Positions 26,501 to 38,280 are shown, counted from the first letter of the stretch. The stretch: DNA of 64,000 bases from Iphione sp. A-MEVVRFRX5 (GCA_976226885.1 OZ320319.1:84816001-84880000), one strand, 5' to 3'. The notes: generated by a model from the sequence alone, not told the origin. Program-made: numbers and translations.

Positions 26501-28038
26501 CCGGTCACATGATGCTCCTTTACAGAAATGGGTTTCACATGGAGCTGGTACGTGTTTCATTCCCCTAAAATGGACTCTTTACATGCAGGCAATAAAACAA
26601 CTTACAGTGAAAAAATTACCTTACGGACATGTGTGTAACAGGGGCATGTTTCTCATAGGGACATACATTTGGGAAATGTATGTGGGAAGGATAGATTGTA
26701 TTTTCTATATATTAGGGTCCCTTATAGCAGGCCCGTATCCAAGGGGGTATCGAAGGTATCGTCCGATACCCCCCATCCAAGATTTCTACATATACACTTA
26801 AATAGTGTTGTTCACCAGAATGTTCCATCCCTGTGGTATTGGGGGTATCGTCCGATACCCCCCCCCCCCCCGAAAACTTCCTGGCTACGGGCCTGCTTAT
26901 AGGGACACATCTTCATTGACCAATCCCCAGACTGTCAACCACCCAGTTATAAAACCGCTGGTTTTTTGGCTGTTTATATGTAGTATTTCCAACGATGTCA
27001 ATATTCAACTACTCCAATAATATTATATGCATTTTGGTTGGTTGAAAAGCCATGATAATGTCACAAACGACAAAACAAACTTCATGTTGTAGTGTATTCC
27101 TTAACAACTTAGCGATGGGTCAAATGGGGAAAGAAACAAACAAAGGTGTTCTGCTAGTAGGCTTTCCACTGGATTCTTTTGGATTCTTCAATATGTGTCT
27201 GTGTGGAATTTCCCTGAAAAAGCAACCAGTCTTTGAAAAGATCAGTGCTGTTTTCTTGAATTGCTTTTATCGCATGTATACTGCCCTACGTGTTCTCTAA
27301 CATGCAAACCATTTGTTTCTTTCAGAACGTACAGATGTATAAATATGTAACACGATTGGCTGGCCTCACATTATTTCTGCCAATTTCGGTATCATTGGGA
27401 ATAAGAAAAGGTAAACTTTTTAGTTTTTTTTCTAAACTGAAAATGTTCCCCAATTTTTCTCTTAGGTCTGTATAGTAAATGGCAGTGTTTTAATTTCATT
27501 TTCACTGTTTAACCAGGAATATATTCACCTATCATCAGGACGGTTATTTTTATTGATATTACTACAATTACAAAGTGCTTAGAAAATGCTTGCAGTGTTA
27601 GTGGAGGGAAATGCACATGTGTCCCCTCGGACTTCTACCACCTCTCTAACCAGACCACCTCCCCAATAAGACCCTTTTTAAGGAACAAAATTTCATATAT
27701 GTACTTCAGTACCCCTTTCTAATAAGATCACTCTCTATTGTGACCACTTGAGTTCAGAACCAACAGTGCTCTTATTAGTGAGGGGGCACTGTATATGCAC
27801 CGGAGGTTAGAATATGTTTCTGGCAGTTGATATTGGGAGGGTACTTTGTGATGAGATGTGTGACCTGTGCAACTCTGACAGTTGGATCAATTCTTATGGA
27901 AGAAACATGATCTGTAAATCTTTGAAAATTTTCCTAAATATGTTTATCTCTAGGCCACTGGGAATCATGTCGTGCCATTGCTATCATAGCTCTTGTCTTA
28001 TCCGACACTTTCCTCTGTCAGTATTTGGAGACAGCTGA
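19656..28038 (+). CDS. SMPD3: Neutral sphingomyelinase 2 (SMPD3/SMPD5 family)-like protein, 8 coding exons, about 475 aa, probably catalytically inactive
   Basis: Exons 19656-20501, 22236-22314, 24266-24400, 25595-25666, 26006-26069, 26418-26547, 27326-27410 and 28022-28038 (last exon tentative). All GT-AG with matching phases, 1428 nt in total. N-terminus MPLYTKPY..W.L.LP..TT.EQ..RQEDPC with two hydrophobic segments, GSGLLLASHYPI, KG.L.VK, LYD....TP and YVTRLAGLT..LP all match the nSMase2 pattern. The symbol denotes family homology, not proven orthology. Confidence 0.88.
21604..21940. mobile_element. PIF/Harbinger (Tourist-like) MITE, family A, copy 1
   Basis: TIR GGCCTAAA..TGTGTTTCCGGTAAC / GTTACCAGAAACACAG..TTTAGGCC with 3-bp TSD TTA. 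Confidence 0.85.
22236..22314 (+). CDS. SMPD3: nSMase2-like exon 2 (ISLPGKSGEAATSPLVVVNTELQEGA)
   Basis: TAG acceptor, CAG|GTAATG donor, phase 0 to 1. Confidence 0.8.
24266..24400 (+). CDS. SMPD3: nSMase2-like exon 3 (..IRLQQ..CILSGNFHMDKLPS)
   Basis: TTTTCAG acceptor, CAG|GTAAGA donor, 135 nt, phase 1 to 1. Confidence 0.85.
24470..24545 (+). mobile_element. Left end of a Harbinger-type MITE, family B (fragment)
   Basis: TTAGGCACCCCCCCAAAAAAAA..GGTAAC..GCCAAAAACC resembles the left end of 34829-35162. Confidence 0.5.
24848..25169. mobile_element. PIF/Harbinger MITE, family A, copy 2
   Basis: Same TIRs, TSD TAA/TAA, 322 bp. Confidence 0.85.
25595..25666 (+). CDS. SMPD3: nSMase2-like exon 4
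   Basis: TAG acceptor, TAG|GTAAGG donor, 72 nt, phase 1 to 1. Confidence 0.7.
26006..26069 (+). CDS. SMPD3: nSMase2-like exon 5 (ASEIKSELLYDPSLSTPKSMK)
   Basis: Pyrimidine-rich TAG acceptor, AAG|GTAGGT donor. Matches the nSMase2 LYD..CTP segment. Confidence 0.8.
26418..26547 (+). CDS. SMPD3: nSMase2-like exon 6 (RTLETTVGRQEFL..GHMMLLYRNG)
   Basis: CAG acceptor, CTG|GTACGT donor, phase 2 to 0. Matches LE...GR.E.L. Confidence 0.8.
26728..26895. mobile_element. hAT-like MITE, family C, copy 1
   Basis: TIR CAGGCCCGTA / TACGGGCCTG, flanking direct repeat CTTATAG (7 bp), internal GGGGGTATCG..CGATACCCCC motifs. Confidence 0.7.
27326..27410 (+). CDS. SMPD3: nSMase2-like exon 7 (NVQMYKYVTRLAGLTLFLPISVSLGIRK)
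   Basis: TTTCTTTCAG acceptor. Aligns with nSMase2 FITQLSGLTDHLPVAMRL. Confidence 0.82.
28022..28038 (+). CDS. SMPD3: Tentative terminal coding exon (VFGDS*) of the nSMase2-like gene
   Basis: CTTTCCTCTGTCAG acceptor, phase 1. An alternative acceptor exists at 29071. Confidence 0.45.
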
Positions 28039-28754
28039 GGAAGGAATTCCTCAACTGTTAAGTAGTCATTTTTTTCGTGACAAGCTTCAGTTAGCCTGTC
28101 GTTAATTACTATACAGTATTCTGTCTTGATGGCGCCGAGATTGCCAGAGGATTGTACCAATCCACAGTAACTGTTTTAGAATTACCTTGTTTCTCTTTTG
28201 AGGTGTGGCTACTGTCCATTCTAAAGAGTGCTGGCACCAATATCTCCCTTTTAGGTGTGCTAATTCTCCCCCACCTCATAGAGGGGGGGGGCATTAGGAA
28301 TGCTGCTGCTAGCTGGTTGTCCTCACCTTCTATCACATTCTTGTGGGTCTTATATGTCTTAAACCCTTCACTCAAAAGAACTGATTATAATATATGATAT
28401 TGGTATATATGGCCCTATGGCACTGGGTAGTTTTGGTAGTAATTCAAGTATTTTAAAGGTGAAATTATACCAATTTTACTCTGTTGCTAACACACCTGCA
28501 AACATACATACCTGGTTTAGAGATTCCTAGGTCTGTCAATGCACACACATGCGCATATACACACTCACCAATACCTCCTTTCTACCAGTAACAGCTTGTA
28601 GCAGTCAGGCAGAACCAAGGGTGCTGTGCTTAGTCATGCAGAACCGAGGGTTGTAAACATGAAGGACTTAAACAAGCCCAGCCAACCACCCCAAAATAAG
28701 GTGCCAATCAAAATGGTTGTAAAGAGAGAGACACACCACACACACTCACTCAGT

Positions 28755-28787
28755 CTCTCTCTCTCCTTCTCTCTCTCTCTCTCTCTC
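28755..28787. repeat. (CT)n microsatellite
   Basis: Direct inspection. Confidence 0.9.
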
Positions 28788-29226
28788 ACCTGGGCAGTTG
28801 ATGGCCAGGAGACAATAGACCTCACAGGTCCACACTCTTGTTTCACATAAATTTTCAGCAAAGGTCTGTAACTAGGAAATATTCTGTGGTGCTAGCATCG
28901 ATTGTCTTGATCCACAGTCGGTGATACATGACTGAATATATCAAAGACATACACCATTTTAAACATTTAGAACACTATTCACTCTATTTTGCTCATTTTG
29001 TATGGTGTCTGTCAATCTATTCTTGATCAAGATACTAAAGTTTGTACTCTGTGTTTTCCTTCGTATCATAGGAGACGCCGTGGTCTAATTATTGGCTTAT
29101 GCTGACGCAATCTGTGCCTGTACTGGAATATTTGCCTCTTTCACCGGAAGGTAGTTCGGAGGTTCATGCAATTAGCTGGAAAGCTATCTCAAAGATAACT
29201 GTATCTCGAGACTAGCAAGATAAAAT

Positions 29227-29444
29227 CAGGCCTGTAGCCAAGGGGGTATCGGGGGTATCGGCCAATACCCCCTACAAAGGCCAGGAGGTCCACCCAGAGA
29301 ATAAATATCCCAGGAAATGTGAGGAAATACCCTAGAAATGCCCTATAAGAAGTGAGAAAAGTAAAAAATGTGAGGAAAAGTGAGGAAACATGTTGCCTGC
29401 TTGCCAGGAGATACCCCCCAGAAAGATTTCTGCCTACGGGCCTG
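29227..29444. mobile_element. hAT-like MITE, family C, copy 2
   Basis: CAGGCCTGTAGCCAAGGGGGTATCG ... TACGGGCCTG. TSD is not clean. Confidence 0.65.
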
Positions 29445-30146
29445 TAAATGAAGCATCTTTGGGATCTAGCAAGCCGTTCTGCAGAGGTAACTTCAAGTCA
29501 GACTATACTGGCCTTAGTATTAATTCGATCAGAATGATGGGCCAATTCGCTCTTCCCTAATTATCATCGAGTATTATAGAAATGAATGTTTTCCCATGTC
29601 TTCCGTGTGTCTTACAAATAAATACTCCTCAGACATGTTGTTTCTTCTTTATACTGGTGCTGTCTTAACATTATATGATAAAAGGTGATAAAAAAAACTA
29701 TCCGTAAGGTGGCGTAACACGAGACAGTACATAATGGCCTCAGGTATCACTCCAGTGATTCCAATGCACACAGGAAGAAATAGCTGTACAGACAAAAAGA
29801 AAATTAACCAGAATCCACCCAAGAGAATGAAGAATGACTCGGACCAAACTCAACAACCTGTAAGGGCCGGTTTCAATACTTGTGTCAGTGTGTTGTGATA
29901 GTGTTTGTATTGCATTACGTTGCATTGAGGTTGACTGTGGCTGGTCATGATAATCCATTTTCCAGCATATAGTTCTGCATCTGGGGTGCGAAAGCCTGTA
30001 TTTGTCCTGCATTACATAAGTGCGTTTCCCACGTAAAAACTATATGATAGTATGTTCTTGGACATGACATGGAATGTCCTTAAAGTGTGCTAAACGAGTC
30101 TCTTTCGTTTCCAAGAAATATCCTAAATTTATATCAACAAGCGCCT

Positions 30147-30295
30147 NNNNNNNNNNNNNNNNNNNNNNNNNNNNNNNNNNNNNNNNNNNNNNNNNNNNNN
30201 NNNNNNNNNNNNNNNNNNNNNNNNNNNNNNNNNNNNNNNNNNNNNNNNNNNNNNNNNNNNNNNNNNNNNNNNNNNNNNNNNNNNNNNNNNNNNNN
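30147..30295. other. Assembly gap (149 N)
   Basis: Run of N. Confidence 1.
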
Positions 30296-31196
30296 AGGTC
30301 AGCGGCCGAATCGACCTGTTACCCTGACAACCACTGAGTGACCCAGATGTAATATCACTACACCAACCCCCCAAAATAGTGCAATTTTTTTTCTTATCAC
30401 TGCATTTGAATACATTTTATAATTCAATAGGACAAATCTTTCTAATTAATGCCTCTGTGAAGGTCACATATATATAAATATCTTACTTTTTTGCCAAAGG
30501 GAAGGAACTGCTTGACGGATCTACTTCCAGCCTACTTCCGGCAGCCGTTTTAAAAGAGGGAGGGTAAATACATGTATGTACATGTATTTTATTCCTGAAA
30601 ATTTCCTAAATTTGTACATTTTTTCCCACCAATGTCTTGAATTTGTGCAAGTGTGCAGTTTTTGTACTAATAATATACAAATAAGGTACACTTTTTACAT
30701 GATATATGTACACACACCTAACAGCTTCTTTTGTATGCCACTTGTGCTTTTGCATGCATTTGGGTGACGTTTATGAGCAGTGTTTGAAAATGGGCAATAC
30801 AGGCACACACTGTCTTGCAACGCATTCCAACACGGGGATGGAAACCACTATTGAATAGGGTATGTTGGTAATTTGATACATTAATGCATCCACACAACGA
30901 AACGTATTAACACAAGCGTGGAAACCGGCTCTTACTAAAGAAATCTTCCACAATGTGGCAATACATGTGCTCTTTCCCTCAGATTTAAGGTGGCATCATT
31001 ACATTTCGTTGTGTCACTCCAATTCTAAACTATAGATGTACTACTACTACAGGGTTAACATTACAAAGGTACCAGGTGGCCGTTGTCGTTGACGCTGAAA
31101 TTAATACTCAACATTACTACTCTTATAAAGAATTTACGGTCGAGAGGGTTCATTGAATTTATGATAGCATTTTTAATCAGAATGAAGTATTCATAA

Positions 31197-31518
31197 GGCC
31201 TAAACAAAAATTATCTGTGTTTCCGGTAACCCAACCGACCCTAATTTTGTGCTAATGTAAATTTTCATTTTATTCTTGTTTTATGAATATCTCAGCAGTG
31301 AATAAGGATAGAAGCACATATGATATACCATTGTGTTCCTTATGCTATAAGCTTTCATTTGATATGTATTCATTAGAACCTATATTACCACATTGATTTG
31401 TTGATGGGAGGATAATTTCACATTGAAAAGAAGAGAAATAAAAAAAAATTACCACCGACCTGACAACCCTACATTTTTTCGGCCTGTTACCGGAAACACG
31501 GAACTTTTTTTTTAGGCC
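31197..31518. mobile_element. PIF/Harbinger MITE, family A, copy 3
   Basis: Same TIRs, TSD TAA/TAA, 322 bp. Confidence 0.85.
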
Positions 31519-31974
31519 TAATTAATCATACATGTATTCTTCATAATCAAATGTTTTTTAATGAAAATTCTTATGTTGTTCCATTAGTGTCTGTCTTGTC
31601 TTGAACCTTCTTGGCTGTGCACAGTGTGGCCTAATAGTTGTTGTGTGATCTGGTAATGTCTAAGTAGTAGAGTAATTAACATGTCTGTTAAGAAAATCCT
31701 TATATAGTCTCACTATTGTTTGTCTTGTCCTGAGCCTTCTTGACCGTGCACAGTGTCATGCAATGGTTATTGTGTCACCTGGTAATACCTAAGTAGTAGA
31801 GCATTGAAATGTATGCTGAGGGAACAACCTTACTGTCAGAATCCTACACGAGCATGACTGTCATGGAACGAATATAATGTATACATCGCTACTTCGTACA
31901 TACACCCTGCATGACCAATACACAATAAACTGTGATGAGGGTATCTGTCTTCGTTATTGTACATATATGCTGCT

Positions 31975-32200
31975 TGACAGGTTCAATCCCAGGCCTTGGA
32001 CTCCTGATCATGACCAGACAGATTTACTGTGGTCTAGAACTTGTAAAAAGGCTGTGGGTGTATAGGATTTTGTCCCCTATGCACAAAGAGCCCAGAAACC
32101 TATTCGGAATAAGATAAGGAGACAATGCCGGTATTCTGGTCTCTCAATTCTCAACAATAAATGGTTATATGCTACCCCAGGAAGATATGGAAGAACCCTA
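31975..32200 (+). mobile_element. tRNA-derived SINE, 5'-partial copy
   Basis: B-box-like GGTTCAATCCC followed by a body collinear with the reverse complement of 33205-33501. Confidence 0.7.
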
Positions 32201-33204
32201 TCATGATGATGCGTGAGAATATTCCTGGTTAAAGAACAATGAAAATGGATATGAAATGGAACAAGACTCTCGAATCATCATCACTAATATGTCCTAATTT
32301 TCTGATTACCAGGACTGCTATGAACTGTAAGGAGGTATATATCCTCAGACTATTATATATATATATTATATATTCTGCTTGACCACGACTACCAAAGCAA
32401 TCTTATGATGTATATGTACGGTAAAATCTTGACAATACAGTTACCCACCATTCCCAGTAAAAATGGCTGCAATACGCTGATTGCTGAATCTTGTCATTTT
32501 CATTCGAAATGACGTTTACACTCACGGTAAAAACAATGTCATTTTTCCATGAGTCAGTGATGAAACTTCACATGGCCATGAAATTGTCCATAATTGCCCT
32601 ACAGAGCCATGCTATAGCTCATCTTCCTCCTTATGTTATTAACTTTCATTTGATGTAAGATTCGATAAAACCGATCACAAGAAGTAGTGTTTCTGGCTTG
32701 GGAATATACAGCCTATGTTGATTCTTACTAGCAGCATGTAGCCTATCGTGGTTTTACCTGTGCTGTTGTAGCCTTCTTACCAGTTACAATGATTGTTGTT
32801 CTTCATTATACGTCGTAATGACTTAATTTGGCGATTGACCTATAGCTTGACTACCGGAATTCTGATAAATCCAAAGCTCCAGCCATCGATGTCCCACTAG
32901 CTTTATAGGACATTATGTAAGTGGTATGGCGGACTGAAGTCATTGAGGCATTGTCACCTGACAGTTATACATTGTTGGTTCAAGTATTTCACTCTGAATA
33001 GGCCTCTTTTGACCATATTGTTGATGGGATGAATCGCTTTGGCCGGCAATATACAGCAACCCACAGGGTTAGATGGCCATATTTCTGACCTGCCGACAGA
33101 GGTTCCTTTGTGTTAAATTAGAGAGAGAGAAATTAAGCTCATTTTTTTCTTTGTCATTGTACCTTTAACCAGGAACTAGATACATGTATTCATCTTTTTA
33201 GCTG

Positions 33205-33501
33205 TTCTTCCTTATCCTCCTGGGGTAGCATGCTACTATCTATTGTTGAGAATTGAAAGACCAGAATCACCGGGATTGCCCTTTACTCTTATTTTGAATA
33301 GGTTTGTGTGGTCTTTGTGTGCAAAAGGGACAGAATCCTATACACCTACAGCCTTTGTTACAAGTTGTGGACCACTTTGGCTTGGGGCAATGGTAAATCC
33401 ATCTAGTCATGATTAAGAGTCCCAAGCCCAGGATTAAAACTTGTAACCTGTCAATCAGTTGACCAGTGCTAGTCAGCACTCTTACCAATTGAGCTAACTC
33501 C
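33205..33501 (-). mobile_element. tRNA-derived SINE with intact head
   Basis: The minus strand begins GGAGTTAGCTCAATTGGTAAGAG (A box), then a degenerate B box and a ~200-bp body shared with 31975-32200. Confidence 0.75.
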
Positions 33502-34142
33502 CCACCCTAACACCCGATGAAAATGAACTGCATTTACCCACCTGAGCTGACTGCATTGTGAGGTTCTACTGTGTCTTTACTTTATAACAAGCGTCTTGTC
33601 TGAGCATAATGAGTAGGGAGTGATTGTGAGGTATATCTCCCCACTGTATCACATATACATTTATCCTGCTTAACCATGAGTGCCATGGAACTATTATCAG
33701 CAATGTGCCCACATTTTATCAAATCAATCATTCTTGACACTATATTATGTACATTTATTTACTACCTGGTTATGGACGCTAAGTGGTCTGCCCTAGGCAT
33801 CACACACGCTCATTTGAGATTGTCAAACAACATTTCCAACCATCCGGTGCTGAGTATTCTTCAGTTCTGGAATTCACACGATATTCTTGAATGGGGTTAA
33901 GGAAAAAGCTCTTCTCATATGGAGAATGTATTCATTCCATCTTTATAGTCACACAGAACAGGTCACGTGTTGTATTTAGCCAATTAGAGAAGATACTCAG
34001 AAAACCACCCAGAATCACAGTCTTCAAGGAATCATGAATACATTCATTTGATGATAAACATAATATCTTGTCAAGTTCATGTGTCAGTTTCCATGATTAT
34101 GTTCAGTTTTTAATAATGCTGGTGATGGTCATCCCAAGGTCA

Positions 34143-34531
34143 TCACAATGGAGGCAGCCAGTCTCTGTCAATGGTGCTGACCTTCCGACCCTGGTGCATC
34201 TTTTTTGAGGCCTGCAGGGGAGGTTTAAGGACGTGCGGGGTCGGGCGAGTTGTGGGAAGGTGGTGTACAGGAGGAGGTATGTGTGTTGAGGCCACTCTGG
34301 AGGCACGGCGTCTCAGGTCGATTGTCGTCTGCTCACGAACTTCCTTCTTGGCATTTTCCCGCTCAGCCTCTCTCTGGCAATGCTCGATCAGGGCCGCCAC
34401 GTTGCGTGCGTTGTTTTCCTTGTTCTGCCGCTGGCGGTGGTAGAGGTCAGCGTAGTGGGGCCGGCGGGGCGCCTTGTCACCAAAAATATTCAAGGACGTC
34501 TTGACCTTGAAAATGATAAACTGTCGGCTAT
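34143..34531 (-). CDS. Terminal coding exon of an unidentified gene (..SRQFIIFKVKTSLNIFGDKAPRRPHY..DRDWLPPL*)
   Basis: Strong acceptor TTTCCTATCTTGCAG, 129 open codons, GC-rich relative to flanks, charged helical segment followed by a Pro-rich tail. Confidence 0.6.
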
Positions 34532-34828
34532 CTGCAAGATAGGAAATGGGAACGGTTTTCAGTGACCATTTGCTGAAAACATCCTTGTGGGTTGGTTTTA
34601 ATTATATTCTAATAAAACAAAACACAGCTTTTTTTGTAAATCAAGGAATACAAGTGGATGTCGGATATTCGTCCTCCCGAGGATATCCCACAATGCACCT
34701 TAAAGAGAGCTTCCCTTGAACTTAAAACAACAAATTTACTTCTATGTATTTAATATAAGACTACATGTACTAAGAGAGAGTATCCTTAGTTACAGACAGA
34801 CTGACTTAGATTTTACTGCTAGAGTTAA

Positions 34829-35162
34829 GGCCCCCCCCCAAAAAAAATAAATAGATGTGTTTCTGGTAACAACTAGCCAAAAACCAAGATAGGGAGTTTT
34901 TTTTCTAATCTTTCCCCACTTTTTTCCTCTGGTTTTCAATATCTGAAAACAATACATAGAATTTTGACCAAATTGCAGTTTTTTACTGAATTTTCATGGA
35001 TTTTGTTGTTTTTCTACTGAATTTACCCAAAACATGTGCTGTGAAAACATGTATCTAAGGAAATTCAGTCTTGGAAACTCTTTAGGGCCTTTTTTTTTTA
35101 GGTAGGGTGAGGTTTTACTAGGTAGGGGTGGGTTTCCAGAAACACACCTATGTTTTTTTGCC
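34829..35162. mobile_element. PIF/Harbinger MITE, family B
   Basis: TAA|GGCC..TGTGTTTCTGGTAAC left end, GAAACAC..TTTTTTTGCC|TAA right end. Confidence 0.7.
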
Positions 35163-37529
35163 TAAATATTCTGGCATTCCAAACAGTTTGCTCTCTGAGA
35201 AAACACCCGAGATTTGTATCGTAGGGTGGGCGAATTGAGGCGATAGATTCAGTTGCATCTATCATACAAAAAATTGATAATGAGGAGGTGTACCAGAGTT
35301 CAGATAAGAGATGATGGTGTGTCATAGGAAATGGTGTTCTTAAAGGGTATACTGTATAGTGTACAGATATAAATACTTGAAGTTAAGCCTTTCTACAAAG
35401 TACTGTAAGTGGCAAAAACAAAATTTTTGTTAAGCAAGTACTTGTGTTCTTCATATCAGTGCAAAGTGGAACTAGTCCCATAAAACAGTGTAAAGCCATT
35501 GTGTTTCGTGTCGAGTCACTATGTGAACAACAAAGATGTTATCAGTGAGCTCTTATGAGCTCACTGTTGGCAAGTAGAGTATATAAAGAGAGTGGACTGA
35601 CACTCTCATAGGACTTGCCTTCCTGATGCTGCTGAATTGTTATACTAGTTGCTGAAGAAGAATAAAAGGCTGATATCCAACCTGACGCTGTGGTGTTGGC
35701 TTTGTGCTACAGAGGTGTTGAAGAGTAGGATGTGAAAGGTTAGCTGTAGGCAACAAACGATGTATAGGTTTATGGAGTGGCTATTAAAGGATATTGAGGT
35801 CATGTTATAAGAAGTGTCAAAGTAAGAAAAACGGCCATGCACTGGTAGAGGAAAGATATGTAAGATGTTCAGGGGTCAGATCCTGAGGTGTCAGATAATG
35901 ATTGCCTACATACAAAAGCTATGTATACGCAGAGTATCTGGTTAACGTAAAATCAGAATTATGATTGTGATTATGTCATGAAAACGGAATGCATACAAAA
36001 GGCATATAGTATAGATGTCTAAATGCCAAATAGTATGGTCTGAGAAAATGTAGAAAGGAGGGCATACAAAAGACCATAAACCATCAGAGATAACAGAGAT
36101 TTTAATGTCAGACATTAGGTACTTTATAATTGAGAATGTCTATACACACACACACACACACACACGGTTATCTAGATATTTGTATATACAGTTCTTTCCG
36201 TATCCAATGTTCCATCTCACATGAAAAACGGAATGAAATCAATGATATCAAGAGATAAAATCTTTTATGATCGTCTTGCCTAAAGCTGAGTACTGTAATT
36301 CTGCGGCGCACCTAGCACCTTTTAAACCCGCCCCAATCCAGCTCCTCCCTGGGATCTGAGTAAACAGTAGAGAAACTAAACTGCACCTAAAACGAAGTTC
36401 GTAGAATACAAACATCTTGGTCGCAAACATGCACGTGCCCGGTCATTTAGACCTCACGCTTAATGCTATTCCATGTCGTATATTTAATTGATTAGGTCCA
36501 GCGCTCTTATTTGCAGCCGGGATTTCCGAGTTGGTGCAGACTACTGTCGATTCAAAGGGATGTTTGACTTGAACACGCAGTAACAGCCAGTGTTTGTGTT
36601 CCACTGGCCTACGAGAATGGTGAAAATGAGTGCTTGTCATACTGGACCGTCTTGACAATATTGTCATGTATACAAAGATAAATAAGATGGCGATTACAAT
36701 TACGTTAAGTACAGTAAACGGCCGCTCGGTGTGTAGAATGTCTCACACACGAACAGAGAGAGCGTGCGTTTGTCGTCCATCAGTGGACAGAGAAACTTTA
36801 AGGGTGGGTGGGGTTTGAATGGGAAATGGGTGGGTTGGCTGGCATGTCGTTACTTAACTAATTCAGTCTTTATGTGTACATGAACCACGAAAAGGTCTCT
36901 CTTGCGACATTTCATTTAATTTTATAATTATAGTCCTCGTGTGATTGTGAATACTGAATTCTTTGCTATAGGTTGTTTTTTCATACGTGGACATGTTTTT
37001 ACATATACTTATTTACATATTACATATTTATGTATTTAATCCCGATTTGCCGTCTTCTCTGTAATTCCGTGTTAAGCTCATGGTGCTCTAGATAATGTAT
37101 ATTTCTGTCCTCTCTCTCTGGGTTTTCCTTTATCGAAATTGATAGAAATATGAGACGGTGAGAAAAAGCCTGTACTCATAAGAATAGGTTTATGTTGAGC
37201 TAATTCCAACTGACTTCCTAGTTTGAGAATAAGTGAATAATAAGAGAACTGTGAGAGCATGAGAATCCTACGTATCCTCAAGAGAGCTCCTGTCTATTCT
37301 ATCTATGTGAAAATCAACTGAACAAGTGGATAGGAACAATCTGTAGTCTCACGGCTGAATATTTTGTTTGTAAATATCTTAGTAGGAAATATTGATCATA
37401 CTAACAACGTATTTACTCTATAGCAAGCATCCATAGATATCGTTCCTATAAAATATTAAAGAGGAGCACTAAAGAAAAGGAAAGGACACAAGGTCTGGAT
37501 GGATGGTTGTAGGTTGGGACCAACTCATC

Positions 37530-37860
37530 CCTAAGCTCCTTCTGCATGATTCCTAAGGTCCTCCTGCATGATTCTTAAGAACTTTCTGCATGATTCCTAA
37601 GGTCCTCCTGTGCGATTCCTAAGGTCCTCCTGCATGATTCCTAAGATCTTTCTGCATGATTCCTAAGGTCCTCCTGCATGATTCCTAAGATCTTTCTGCA
37701 TGATTCCTAAGGTTCTCCTGCATGATTCTTAAGAACTTTCTGCATGATTCCTAATATCCTACTGGTCACTTGACTCCCAAGGTCCCCCTGCATGATTCCT
37801 AGGGTCCTCCCACATGATTTCTAAGGTCCTCCCGCATGCTTCTTATGGTCCTCGCACATG
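37530..37860. repeat. 22-bp minisatellite, about 15 copies
   Basis: CTGCATGATTCCTAAGGTCCTC at 37542, 37564, 37586, 37608 and onward, interleaved with an ..AAGA(T/A)CTTT variant. Confidence 0.95.
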
Positions 37861-38102
37861 GGGCAGGGGACTAGTGCTGGATTAACACAGTAGCAAAATG
37901 TAGCAAATGCCTTGAACCCCATGTATTTAAGGGTCCTGCACTAAGGCCAAACAAAAAATACCATGTTTCCTCCTCCTCCTCCTCCTATTATAGCAAATGC
38001 TACCGGCCCCGCTCTAGCTTCATCCCGCCCAGCAGGGGGACCGGGAGAGCATGTTTATTAGAATAGCGCCATACTCAGGTACTTAGGCATACATGTACTT
38101 AC

Positions 38103-38280
38103 ATTCAGACGGTAGCAATACAGGCGGAAGTGTCGCTGATCGTCGATCGAGCCGCACCGCTCCCGACAGAAAGTCGTCAACGGCGACCCGCGTGAGGCTG
38201 GTACGTAAGATGCGACTGTTGTGGAAGAGGGTGTCCCAGAGATGACCCTGCTCAATCAGCCAGTCTCTCTTACTCTGCGC
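38103..38280 (-). CDS. Internal coding exon of an unidentified gene (AQSKRDWLIEQGHLWDTLFHNSRILRTSLTRVAVDDFLSGAVRLDRRSATLPPVLLPSE)
   Basis: GTAAGT donor at 38102, open frame, CpG-rich. Acceptor at 38281 or alternatively 38327. Confidence 0.6.

Noticed and set aside
33420-33501. tRNA gene
   Set aside because: It has an A box but a degenerate B box, no full cloverleaf, and continues into a SINE body with a second copy nearby.
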